From Antedon mediterranea (Eukaryota > Animalia > Echinodermata), in assembly GCF_964355755.1 (NCBI RefSeq), contig NC_092673.1, forward strand, positions 14,542,948 through 14,606,947: a stretch of DNA of 64,000 nucleotides, written 5' to 3'. The notes beneath the pieces were generated by a model. That model ran no database searches. It had not been told where the DNA came from and saw only the letters and a list, made by a program, of their open reading frames with translations. This document shows, in pieces, positions 25,814 through 38,250 of this stretch; the first letter of the stretch is position 1; each line of letters opens with the position of its first letter. A program made the translations under genes and the position numbers.

Positions 25814-28800
25814 ATGGTTAAAAATACAACATGTAAATCCGGTGGAAAAAAAAAAAAAAAACGTTACCATGGGGGTATGTCTTCTTCCCAAAAGAAAAAA
25901 AGACGACAGGCATATCGGCGTAATATGGATGGAAAATCAACGGAGATGGAAAGTCAACAGTTTCAAGAACCATTGAAATCCCAATTACCCCCAAAACTGC
26001 AGGCAAAAGGACCAGGAACACAATTGGTACCAGAAACATTTCCAGCAGTACCATTACACGAAGCCGATGACATTCACACATTAAAGAATGAAATAATACA
26101 CTTAAAACAACATAATCAAAATCTAACGGATCAGTTGACTGCCATGACCCAGCAAAATGAATGTCTACAGAAGAATGCAAAAGATCAAACAACAAAACAT
26201 AACGCGACACTTTCTGTTTGTCTTGAAAAGGGTGAGGGTCCCCTGGTAAAAAAGGGACTTCTTTTGACTAAGCCATTTGGAAGTGATGAATGATAAAATT
26301 GTACCTGACTATTCCAAATAAAGATAATCCGAGTTCTGTTGCCAGTAGCAGAATTCTGAGGGCCAGGGCAATTGAATTGAAGCAGGTATTCATTCTTCTT
26401 TTTTCCTAAAATGTTTTATTACAGTACGCTGGAAATCGTAATTTCGATTTTAACTAAGATATAAATCATAAGTCTGATTTAAAATTGGAAATAGGCCTAT
26501 GTTACTCTCCTCCTCATGCATCAAGCAAATACGTAAATGCAAATAAAAAAGGAAAACAATAATTGTATGCAAATGAGACTGGTAACAATTTCCGTGAATT
26601 CGAATTGGAAGGCAAAACTTTCTCGATGGATGGTAAAAAATCAATAATAATCCATCCATCACTTTGTTGTGAAATAATATTCAGTTCATAATATGTAAAT
26701 CAAAATGTTTCATTATGCCCAATAATGTCAGGCTCTTGAAGTAATATCATCTAGGGAAGAATCAACAGATGAAGATCTAATTGCAACGCTAATGGTATTT
26801 GTTAAGCAAAATCCTCGTATTTCGTTGGAGGCATTCAAACGGGCTGGAATCAACTATATTAATAGTAAGTCGAAACATAGAAGGATTCGAATTGAAACAT
26901 TCCGGCCGAATTGCATACGTATTTCTTTATACTGTGAAACTATTTGTATATAAACCATATAAAAATAATTGGTAAATTAACGTGAATCTATTTCAAGCAT
27001 GCCCACATGGTTGAAATTACAGAAAAGCATGCGTATTTTGTTATGGTCGGCGCGTGTGTGTAAATGAATTAAATAAAATGAAAACGATTGACAGACACCA
27101 ATAAGCATATCATTTATTTGCAAGAAAGACACTGGTTAAGTAGCTCATACCATGTCTTGTAGAACTCAGCACAAGTGAAACTCTCGATCTGAAGCTATTG
27201 CTGCGTTTACCAATGCAGAAACTACGCCAGCTCCGCACTTTCCTGACAAACCATGGAATACCAGTACTTGCAAGCGATCGAAAACTGTACAAAGAATTGA
27301 AAGGTATTGCCCGAAAAATCGCATTATTAATTGATCCAATTGATGTTATCGCATATACCGTAATCTATCGCTCCACATAACATCACATTCTTTTAATAGG
27401 ACGGCGAAATTTGTCAGACATCAAGGTAGGTGAGATGGTAATGCAAAAAGCCGCAAATGCAAAGGAAAGCAAAATCGCATTTGTTCGTGTGAACAATATC
27501 CACGACTGGATCAAGGAAGTTGTTCACATTCACGAGCAAAACGATAATTTATGGGAACATCAATGTTTCCATAACGAAGCATGGGTTAAAATAGGTGTAA
27601 GTACATTAAATTATCGATTTTTTAAAGTAAAAGAGTATCATACGAAAAAGAAAATCATAAATCTTTTGTTAGGGTTATTCTATCATTTCTGGCGTAACAT
27701 TATTAATGAACGCTTACAATGCCGCACAAAGTTAACGAATTATATACTGGTTGTTCTGCAATAGGGTGATAAAGGCGGTCCGTCAACGAAATTGGTAGCA
27801 CAGATTGTCAATGTAAACAAACCAAACTCGGCAACAACAACAGAAATAATTTCGATGTATAACGCTTTTGACAACTATTCGAACATGAAAGCTATGTTTG
27901 ATGTGTACACTGAACAGTTCGTTCATTTGCAGAATGAGTCAACACTACAGATAGGGGGATGTGAAAAACCAGTCCGAGTATTTCTCTTCGGAGATTATGA
28001 GTGGCTCACGAAGATCCTGGGCCACCTCGGACCGGTATCTACCTTCCCCTGTCTGTGGTGTTATATCCATCGTGACGACTTGTACAGGCCTGCAAATGAA
28101 CGAACCATTCGTCCACATTCACCAATGATAACATCTGAAGATGGCAACTGGTGTGAAAACGCCTTGTGGTATGCCGAAGAAAGAACGCCAGGGCAAATGG
28201 CAACAGACCTCGCAAACTGCAAAGAAGACAAAAGAAATAAAGGAGACAGCAAGAAAAACAGCAAGTTCCATCACTCAATCTTCGAGGTACCAATACTGCC
28301 AATGGGAAGTGACATGGTGCATGTAGTGCCACCAGTACTACATATCATGTTAGGTCTCACGGTTCGTTTTTATAAGCAAATCGAAGACATTGCGAGAACA
28401 GCAGATGGTAGCAAAAATGTTGAAGAGAACGCAACGTTCGTAGAATGGAACATGAAAACAGAAGAGGTTAAGGAAATAGAAGAGAAGACAGAATTATCAA
28501 AAGCCGACTTAAGGTATCAAGTTTCGCTTCTGGAAGGATTCCGTAAGTGTATGAATGGTAATCGTGGAAATGGTCTTTCAGACAAATGTGCCCTAGCCAC
28601 TTGTGCCCTCGCAAGGAATAAAGTAGAAGGAGTAGTGGCGGGGGACATTTCCTGGATTAGATGTGACAGCTGTGATGAGGAGGTAGAGGAGGATAGGAAA
28701 TGGTTTCATGTAGATTGTGTGGGCTTGAAGGGTGAGGACTATGTGAATATGGAATTCCATTGTCCTCAATGTAGAAAGCAGCTTGAAACACCTGCTGATA

Positions 28801-29540
28801 TTATGGAATGGCAAACTGATAGAGTAGAAAGTTGTAAGGAAAGCTTAGAAAAGATGGAAAAGGAGAAGGGTGTAGCAGAGAAGGAATTGGCGGAAGTATA
28901 TGAAGAAGTGAAAGGGATAATTGGTCCAAGAGAAAAGTTGTTAAATTCAATTCTGGATGGCGAGCTGCACGTCAAAAAGCAAGCATACCATTCGCAATGT
29001 TTTGTTGGGAATCACTGCAAGAAGATTTTGCGTAATTCGGTGAGAGTCCTGGCATGCTTAGAGGGACTTCCCGATCACCAGAGGTATGTTGATTTGCTGG
29101 GTAGGTTGGACCATGTTTTTTCTTTCACAAGTGCAAGATTTTTATGCGACAACGAGGTTGAAGATGTTCGCCAAAGCTGTTGGGCATTGGGAATTTTCTT
29201 TTGCAGTATCTTTCCTGAGCAGAACATTCCGCCCAAACTGCACATCTTAATATCTCATGTTCCTGAATGCGCACTTTTGTTTAGAACTTTAGGTCTGTTG
29301 TCCGAACACGGCATCGAGTCACTCCACGCTCAAGTAAATGCAGACGCCAGGCAATATGCCCCAGTTCGCGATAATATTGAAAGGCTAAGGTTAGTATTTA
29401 ACCTACATAGTCAGAGAGCACTTGTTGGCACTGAAGGGTTGAACACGGGGAGAAGAAAGTGCCAATGTGGTGGATGGTTTTCGGCATAAAGTGACGGGGA
29501 AAAATATTGCAAGACATGTGGCGATCTTCAATCTCTGTAA
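25814..29540 (+). CDS. RAG1-core-like DDE transposase with inserted PHD finger (~940 aa, spliced, probably carrying 1-2 lesions)
   Basis: Phase-compatible GT-AG exons 25814-26385 (frame break near 26290), 26732-26864, 27163-27303, 27400-27596 and 27765-29540. D1 in KIGGDKGG (27768), D2 in LFGDYE (27993), E in SEHGIES (29316). PCLWC, LHIMLG, FVGNH and KLHILISHVPE parallel the RAG1 core motifs. In-frame TAA at 29487-29489. Confidence 0.88.
28587..28772 (+). other. PHD finger (C4HC3) coding segment
   Basis: C-x4-C...WIRCDSC...WFHVDC...FHCPQC, in frame within the transposase. Confidence 0.9.
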
Positions 29541-29550
29541 ATAGTAACCT

Positions 29551-29607
29551 GGCCCCGAAACCGCGACATAGAAATACCGGATTGGTGTCCGGCGGGAAAT
29601 AGTTTAC

Positions 29608-29642
<35 letters not shown>

Positions 29643-30478
29643 GTGTATAGAGAGAGAGAGCACAGCTTTTGTTCTTGTAAGCCTGTATAAATAATGGCCC
29701 CGAAACCGCGACTCAGAAATACCGGGTTGGTGTCCGGCGGGGGATAAAAAAAAAATGTATATAGAGAGAAAGCACAGGCTTATTTATGTTAACATTTTCT
29801 ATCGTACGTTATTTGTAATTTTTTTTTGTTCTTCTAGGCCTATATAAATAATGGCCCCGAAACCGCGACTCATAAATACCGGGTTGGTGTCCGGCGGGGG
29901 ATAGTTTTACTATTAAAAAAAAAAAAAAAAAAACACTGTATATAGAGAGGAATCACAGGCCTATTTATGTTAACATTTTGTATCATACGTTATTTGTAAT
30001 TTGTTTTTGTTCTTGTAGGCCTATATTTAATCATGGCCCCGAAACCGCGACTCAGAAATACCGGGTTGGTGTCCGGCGGGGAATAGTTTACCATAAAAAA
30101 AAAACCACTGTATATAGTTTAGAGAGAAAGCACATGCCTATTAGTATTTATGTTAACATTTTGTCTATCATACGTTATTTGTAATTTGTTTTTGTTCTTG
30201 TAGGTCTATATATAAATAATTGTATAAATTGTGTAAATTATATAAAATCATGGCCCCGAAACCGTGACTCAGAAATACCGGGTTGGTGTCCGGCGGGGGA
30301 TAGTTTCACCAAAAAACACTAAATGTATCAATGATTTTTTTTTTTAAAGCATATGCCTGTTTATGTTAAAATAATTTGTATTTAGTTTAGTTGTATTATA
30401 CACTTTATATATACAATAATGGCCTCGAAACCGCGACTCAGAAATACCGGGTTGGTGTCCGGCGGGGGATAGTTTCAC
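29551..30478 (+). repeat. Six spaced copies of a ~55-bp GC-rich motif inside the transposon 3' region
   Basis: GGCCCCGAAACCGCGACTCAGAAATACCGGGTTGGTGTCCGGCGGGG (with few variants) starts at 29551, 29696, 29853, 30035, 30252 and 30421. Confidence 0.95.
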
Positions 30479-31352
30479 CATAAAAAAAACTAAATAAATT
30501 GATATAATAAACAAAATATACCGTTATGTTTATTAAAACAAAGCACGTACCGTACCAAACAAACAATAGTTTGTGTGTATTTTGTTTCAGTCATGATCGG
30601 ATTAGACCACCTACAAAATAGTTATGTTAAAATGTTATGCCCTTACTAAAATCAATCATATCAATTCAGTAAATAAACAAGTACATAAAAAGATATCAAA
30701 TGAAAAGACAGGTAGGTATATTTTCAACTTTATTCAGTTTTTCAACAGTTGCTAGCTGCACATAATATTTAACACATAACAGCACAGTCTGAGCTGTTGA
30801 ATTGTCTGTGCCGCTGGCCGTGTGCATGTCGTTGCAAAACTACCATGTCACAAATGCTAAACGATGGTTTTTGAAACCGCTGTAAAATAATTAAAAAGAC
30901 ATTAAATAACAATATGAAGTAGATATGTACACATTTATATTATTCAAGATATTAACTGTACTTTTCAAAAATTGTTGAAATTAAATTAAATATGTTTAAT
31001 AGCTTTACAAAGTCCGATCAAATTTCATAACATCTACAGCTTCTGAATTGTTGACGCGCGTATCGAACGCGTTTTCGTGTGTAAAAGTTCAGTGCACTTT
31101 GTTTGGTCGCGTAGCAGTGCTATGATTGGCTAGAATTACCTGTCATTTAAGGTCCGCACATACACGCGCCAGGTACGCGCATATACCATACCGCTAGGCG
31201 GCGGTACAATTTATAACACAGTGTAAATGCTGTGAAGTATGCTGGCTTCACATACTGTTTGTATGTGGTCAAAATGTGGCATCTTGACTTGCCACTATCT
31301 TTGTTTGCATGGGCCAATGTGTTGTCAAATCGTGGCAGCTTGGCCTGCTAAA

Positions 31353-31568
31353 TCATTAGGCTAGCTGCACACTCTTGCAGCATTAGGCTAGCTGCACACT
31401 CTTGCAGCATTAGGCTAGCTGCACACTCTTGCAGCATTAGGCTAGCTGCACACTCTTGCAGCATTAGGCTAGCTGGACACTCTTGCAGCATTAGGCTAGC
31501 TGCACACTCTTGCAGCATTAGGCTAGCTGCACACTCCGGCAGCATTAGGCTGGCTGCACACTCCTGTA
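31353..31568. repeat. 27-bp minisatellite, about 8 copies
   Basis: CATTAGGCTAGCTGCACACTCTTGCAG repeated. Confidence 0.95.
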
Positions 31569-31574
31569 GCTTTT

Positions 31575-32885
31575 TGATCATTCAGTGCAGTAATCATTCT
31601 CGTCATTTCCTTATGGTTCACACCAGAAACCTAATAAATTGAAGTCCATAGAATGAATTCAAAATATTAAATCAACTATTACTTTTATTATTTCAATGCT
31701 ATATGTCTTTACCTAATCTTTAAAAATTCTTAAACCTTTGCTTGGTATAGATTGTTGTATAGTGCTGTTATATGCAGCACTAGGTCTTAAAAACAATCTT
31801 TTTTTTTAAACCTGCCCATTCCCATTCTTGGTGCTATAAGCTTCTTGCTTAAATACATTTGTACCAATATTAGGTATACTGTGTTTCCTTTTTCTTTCCT
31901 TTTTAATTGCTATCGACCATTGATCGTAGATTGTTGTATTGTGCTCTTATATGCAGCACTAGGTTTTAAAAACAATCTTTTTTTAAAGCACTGTTCCTTT
32001 TCTTACAACCCGTAAGGCCTAGCTTGTATAGTGTTTATGAATTGCCTTTATGCAATATAATCAGGCATAGTTCTAATTGAAATCTTTAAAAAAATATCTC
32101 CATCAAAAATATCTTTATCAAAGCCATGTACATTTTCAAAATGGCCAATTCTGTGGATGACTTGTATCCCTTTATTTTCAACTATATCCCTGCATCCTTT
32201 TGAACATTCAGTGTAATGATCTCGTCCTTTCCTTATGGTTTAGTCACTGCTCTGTTGACATGACCAGAAATTTTCATTTACCTTGATTATTTCAATGTTG
32301 TTGACTAAACAAAAATCCATACTGTTCTTAAACCTTTACTTGGTATAAGACATAATGGTGATATTGTTTCACCTGTACCAAAACATCACTTTTTCAAAAA
32401 GCAACCATTCTGCATGCTTTAAGAGCTTTGCACACTACCCTCTTGCATCTACACTTTGATTATTTCAATGCTATATGTCTTTACCTAACCTTTAAAGATT
32501 CTTAAACCTTTACTTGGTATAAGACATAATGGTGATATATTGTTTCCCCTGTGCCCAAACGTCACTCCTTTTGTAGTCCTATTACCTAGAACGCTAATAA
32601 CCACTTTTGCATGCTCTAAGAGCTTTGCATCTACATCTTTTTCTCATTTCCATTTTAATGCTATAAGCTTCTTGCTTAAATACACTTGTACCAATATTAG
32701 GTATACTGTGTCTCTTCCTTTTCAATTGCCATCAACCATTGATTGTAGATTGTTGTATATAGTGCTGTTATATGCAGAAAAATAATCTTGTTTTCAAAAC
32801 CTTATTCCTTTTCTTACAAGCAGTAAGACCTAGCTTGTATAGTGTTTATGTATTGCCATTATGCAATATAATTGGGCATAGTTAA
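31575..32885. repeat. Local direct segmental duplications
   Basis: Blocks such as GCTATAAGCTTCTTGCTTAAATACA (31832, 32660) and CCTAGCTTGTATAGTGTTTATG (32018, 32829) recur. Confidence 0.75.
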
Positions 32886-33282
32886 CATTAGGGTTTTAAA
32901 CTTCGTTTTGTTTTCCAAAAGAATTCCAAAATTAAACAGAATCTGCAGTTCACCATTTGGTAAAAATTAAATTTAAATTTACTATTTGCTAATTGTCTTA
33001 TATCTTTTGAGATTTGTACAAAGAGAAACAAATTTAACTACCATTTATTTAGTACATATTATGGAAAATTGAAATAATTTATGACAAGATACTGTACATT
33101 TTTCAATGCCCTTGTGTTTTTTAAATGACATATTGGCAACCAGGGATATTTAGACTGCACCTTACTATGCAGGAATTTAAGTATAGTATAAATGAGTTGT
33201 TTCCTATTACTGATCAGGAGGCAAAGTAGCCTATGTTATATATATCCACATCCAATAAGTTTGAATCATCATAAAGAACAAC

Positions 33283-33875
33283 AACAAGAATATGGTTTGG
33301 TAACATTGTTGGCCAGTTCACAAAATAGCTGTACCAAACACTACAACGTACCAGTTAGAGGAAATGGAATGGTTTCACAGGAAAACCATATATTTTTAAA
33401 TGTTGCACGCAGAGGATAAAAAAGAAAAAACATGAAAACCAGAATATGTGTAAATTAACAACTCTGGTTGATGGGACAAAGAAGAAATACGAACTAATTG
33501 GTATTGACAGAAATCATTGTTGGATGAACTAATTGGTATTGGTAGAAATCATTGTTGATCAGTTCACAAAATAGTTGTACCGGAAACTACAATGTACCAG
33601 TTAGAGGAAATGGAATGGTTTCACAAGAAAACTGTATGCTTTTGAATGTTGCATGCAGAGAGCATAAAAAGAAAGAAAACCTGAAAACCAGACTACTCTG
33701 GTTGATGGGACAAAGAAGAAATACAAACTAATTGGTATTGACAGAAATAGTTTGTTGACCAGTTCACAAAATAGCTGTACCGGAAACTACAATGTACCAG
33801 TTAGAGGAAATGGAATGGGAAAAAAACAAGAAAACAAAAGGCTTCTAAATGTTACACGCAGAGAGCATAAAGAAT
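33283..33875. repeat. Three diverged tandem copies of a ~200-240-bp unit
   Basis: CAGTTCACAAAATAG..GTACCAGTTAGAGGAAATGGAATGG at ~33314, ~33560 and ~33760. Confidence 0.85.
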
Positions 33876-34714
33876 AAAAACTGTCTGTGAAAAACACTGA
33901 ACACAAGTAAATGGATGGTTAAATTTTAAAAGCATCTCATACAATCCTCAAACGATCTTGGCATTTCTTCAAACACGCAACGAGATCTATAATACCATTA
34001 GTAATGGTGAATTGTGGGGTCAATTTGAAATTTTAACAACAATGATATCGCATTTATTTTTTGAAACAAAGTTTTCAATCCAAGCGTGTATTTTTCTAAT
34101 ACATAACCTATAAGAATGTTTCTCATAATATTTAAAAATCTTCAACCATTTGCTATAAAAGGAACCATTTCCTTATATTGGCAACAGCAGTTTATTTAGT
34201 TTATACCTTTATGTATGCAACTAAAGTTGTTTTAAAAAGAGCCTTTTATAAATCCTATTTCTGTATTTTGTTGATAGTAGACCTACCCCCCCATATATTG
34301 AAATTGACAGGTGTAGAAAATCCATAAACTGCCCATTGATTTTTCATATCAGTATGGTACAACAACATTGAAAAAGTATAACAAATATTTATTACAAAAT
34401 ATTGTTTAATTTATGGTTTAAAGTGCTCATCATATCCACTGGTCCATGTTTATTTTCTATTCCTTTTCTCGGAGCCGTACATTTGTACTGTCCATCTCTA
34501 GATAGAGTTGTGTTCCGCCCTTAGTAATTTTCAATAACACGTTGGCTGAACATGAAATTCCCAAAAATTAATTTGTCAATTTCTCTATTCATTTTAAATA
34601 CTTGAATAAGGTCAGCTTTTTTTCTAATATCTTCTAGTGTCAGTAAGTTTAGTTTTTTTATTCTTGTTTCATATGAATTTTCTTTAATCTCTAATATAAT
34701 TGTTGTTGTTCTAC

Positions 34715-34907
34715 GTTGGATTGCAGGCTTGTGTCAGTAATCCAGGCGAGGTATTCAGGGCCGTTGGATTGCAGGCTTGTGTCAGTAATCCAGGCGAGGT
34801 ATTCAGGGCCGTTGGATTGCAGGCTTGTGTCAGTAATCCAGGCGAGGTATTCAGGGCCGTTGGATTGCAGGCTTGTGTCAGTAATCCAGATGAGGTATTC
34901 AGGGCCG
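34715..34907. repeat. 48-bp tandem repeat, 4 copies
   Basis: GTTGGATTGCAGGCTTGTGTCAGTAATCCAGGCGAGGTATTCAGGGCC repeated (16-codon period in the ORF track). Confidence 0.95.
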
Positions 34908-37900
34908 TAGCCAGTCTGAAATGTTCAACTTTCACCACCCACCCCAATTTCCCAGCACAGATCGTCGTATTTTATAACAATAATTATATTTAAAGCATCT
35001 TTACCTCATATTAATATAGATCAATATTTAGAATGCATCTTTGCCTTATCTGTTTTTTACTTCTCGCTACGGCCTTCTTATTTCTTTACTCCTGTTTATT
35101 TCTCAATAATTAAAATCTCCCCTCACCATTATTTCTCGCTTACCAACTTTCTGTAGGTCTATACATTTTGCATAATTGGTGTTTTATAAATTACTCCAGT
35201 TAATATTGTATTAGGCCTACTGTTCTTGTTCTTTTTTGTAAGTGCATCACCTGTCTCTATATTGTGTAGCTCACACTATACCGATTCTTGAAATTCAAAA
35301 TCTTCTCTTTAAATCATCTCAAGGTGGGAACTGCATCTTACAGTTGTTTCCTTTCATATCTGTTCTAAATACTTTGTCTTGGTATACGTCATTTAGGCCA
35401 AATTACTCTTGTCTCTTGAGAGAATTGAATGTCTCAAAACAAGATGCTAAAATATGGCCAAATTAAGAAGTTTTACTATTAATTTACTGTACTTTATTTA
35501 TTGTGTGGCTCTATGAAGCCAAGTTAGCTCATTGTTCCACTTGAGTGACTCTTTGCTGATTGGCTAGTTAGTAGTGCTCACAGGTGGCATTATTATGCAA
35601 ATTAGCTCACTGTGTTCTGTGGCCAAGGTCAGTCAGTTAGTACAAGACAATGGTGGTTAATGGACACATCAGTGAGATGCTAGTGTATTACTTTGGTTGC
35701 TTAGGCCTACTTTCGGTAAGCGTATACTTATATACACATAAGATTAGGAGGCAGGCATATCATCTTAATGAAACTATTGTAGTAACTATTGAGTCTTTAC
35801 TTTATAGATGTTTTGTTAAACTTTCAGTTAATCGTGATATGTGAACTTGGGCGTGGCGGAGAATTCCTAGAAAGAAGTAATTATATAGGAACATTGTAAC
35901 CGTCACGTTAGATTATCGTCACGCATTAGCAAGCCTATGTCAAATAAATACAGTACTCATGTGGATGCAACAATTGGCAGAACTTGTGTATTTTGTTCTG
36001 AATAATCTCCATCACCATTATTTATTGCTTACCAGCTTCTGGCTGCTAATCAATATTTAGGATCTGCAGTTAATGAAAATGCAATGTCAAAAAAAAAAAA
36101 ATAGATAAGATATAAAATAACATCTGGTTTACGAGAGTAGCCTAAGTTGATTATTAAGAAACCCCTATCTGGTTTAATGGAATAGCCTAAGTTAATTATC
36201 AAATAATAAGAAACCCCTATCTGGTTATGCAGTATAGCCTAAGTAATTTACTTATACAAACAAATAACAAAATCATCTGTGGGTTAATTTTCCGCTCATT
36301 TACTTTTCATTTTCCGTAGGCCAAATTTTGTGCATCTTTTTTTAATTATTTTTATTATTATTGTTTGTTATAATTTATTTATATTATTTTTATTTATTTA
36401 TATTAATTTTTTTATTATTTATTTTTTTTATATTTAATTCAATATTTATTTTATTTTTATTTATTATTTTTATTTATTATTATTTATTGGTGAATATTGG
36501 TAGCTGACGACTTTCTTCCCATTTAACATCTGATCTTGTTCGTACACATACCCACTGATGATTCGGATGGATTGAATGCCCGGCTATCTGTGTCCTGCTA
36601 GCCCCACTCTGTTCCTTTTCATGCCGTTGCCTGAACTTTTTCTTTCTCTTCATTGCTTTTTATTTTTCTTCTTTTTATCTTCTTTACTTCTTTTATTTTA
36701 CTTCCTGTGGCCACCATGCTTTGTATTTACTACTGTTTATATCATGGACAGAGATAAAACACTCTCTGTAATCAATGCAGACAAGATAATGCCATGTCTG
36801 CATCAAGTATATCATGGACAGAGATAAAACACTCTGTAATCAATGCAGACAAGAAAATGCCAAGACAACATGTCATTCGAATCTGCTTTTTTCTGGTTCT
36901 CATGGGGAAAAAATAAAATGCAAAAAAAAAATAAAAAAAATAAAATACAAAAAAAATTATTTTGAAAAAGAATTTCTAGAAGGTATTTTCGCTTTTGAGA
37001 ACTGAGTTTCTGTGCAGTTTAAAAAAAAAATACAAAAAAAAAATACCAAAAAAAATACAAAAAATAAAATACAAACAAATTGTTTTGAAAAATATTTCTG
37101 TAAAAATGTTTCTGAAGTCAAAGATATCTGGTACCTAACCTGGCCACAGGCATGTTTTTCTTTTTTATCTTTTTGTTTAATTTCTATTTTTGTCATTCTT
37201 CTGTTTATTTTCAATTACAAAAGACATCAAAGCCCCACAGTGCACAACATTTTTGCACAAACAGGTATTATTCCCCAAGATGACCTAAAATCCAGCCAAC
37301 ACTCACCAGTTGGATATTTCGTAACTAAAAATATAAAAGAAATTATACACACACATCCGAAACATGCAGTGCCGGGTACTTGTTGGGCGACTCTGGATAT
37401 GCCTTAAGACCGTACTTAAAATCCTATAACACCTGAAGAAAGAAGGTACAACAGTGCACATTCTGTATCAAGAAGCATAGTGGAAAGAACAATTGGTGCA
37501 TGGAAGTGAGGCTTTTGTTGTATGCATTAAGAAAATCACATGCAACCAAATCGAGCATGCCTTTCGGTGGCTGCAACCAACATTTTGTGTATGTAAGTAT
37601 ATTGGACAAGTCATCTGTTGGCGCCAATAGATTTTTAGAGGTATTAAGCTATAAATTCAAAGTTTATTTTTTAACATGGTCAATTTTGTATCTTTTATAA
37701 TTAGCGTTTATGTATCTTGAAGTATTATACTTTCTTTCCATATTGTTTAGCAGTCGTTTCAACACTAAATGTGGTTCCGGACATTTCTATCAGAAAATCT
37801 TTAAAAATATTACGGTACATGTGACTGCAGTAATTATGACATCACAAAAAAAAATGTAGATAGATAAATATAGAAATGTTAAAATCCAAAATCCCCTTCT

Positions 37901-38039
37901 GCTAGAGTAGGGTCAAAGTTGATTTCAGCTGCCTGTACACGACTATATAATAGTCTATACTAGAATTGGTAGCTTGAAGGTAGGTTTCATTTCCCTATAT
38001 TGATCATAAGCTATCAGCTTAGTACAGTACTTAATGGTC

Positions 38040-38250
38040 ATTTATGATGACAAATACTTTTTTGTATGAATGAACAAGCATTGGTTAGTATGGGCAAGTA
38101 AATGATGCTGCTATTTTTGGGGATCCTCATTTTATTAAAGTATGGAACACTGAATCTGCCACCCATCTGTTGTAGGTGGTCAACAACTACCATTTCATAT
38201 TAGGAGATGACACATTTTCACTTAAAACATGGTTTATAAAACCGATGTGA
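38040..38250 (+). pseudogene. PIF/Harbinger transposase fragment
   Basis: NDAAIF.. and FHILGDDTFSLKTWFIKP motifs. Confidence 0.6.

Larger units (their letters stand above)
24365..31234 (+). mobile_element. Complete CAC...GTG DNA transposon (RAG1-like; Chapaev/Transib-type), 6,870 bp
   Basis: TIR CACAGCATTTACACT at 24365-24379 and its perfect reverse complement AGTGTAAATGCTGTG at 31220-31234. AAGT is duplicated at 24361-24364 and 31235-31238. Encloses a transposase gene. Confidence 0.93.

Noticed and set aside
28039-28975. Antisense and alternate-frame ORFs within the transposase
   Set aside because: Shadow ORFs of a GC-richer coding exon with no motifs; likewise those overlapping the Merlin gene.
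29551-30478. CRISPR array or hammerhead ribozyme
   Set aside because: The context is eukaryotic, spacers are long and related to each other, and there are no cas genes. The hammerhead core CTGANGA is absent on both strands of the motif.
29541-31219. Convergent RAG2-like gene as in ProtoRAG
   Set aside because: The 1.7 kb holds repeats and AT-rich sequence. There is no minus-strand ORF of 60 aa or more beyond the overlap with the transposase end, and no kelch or PHD motif.
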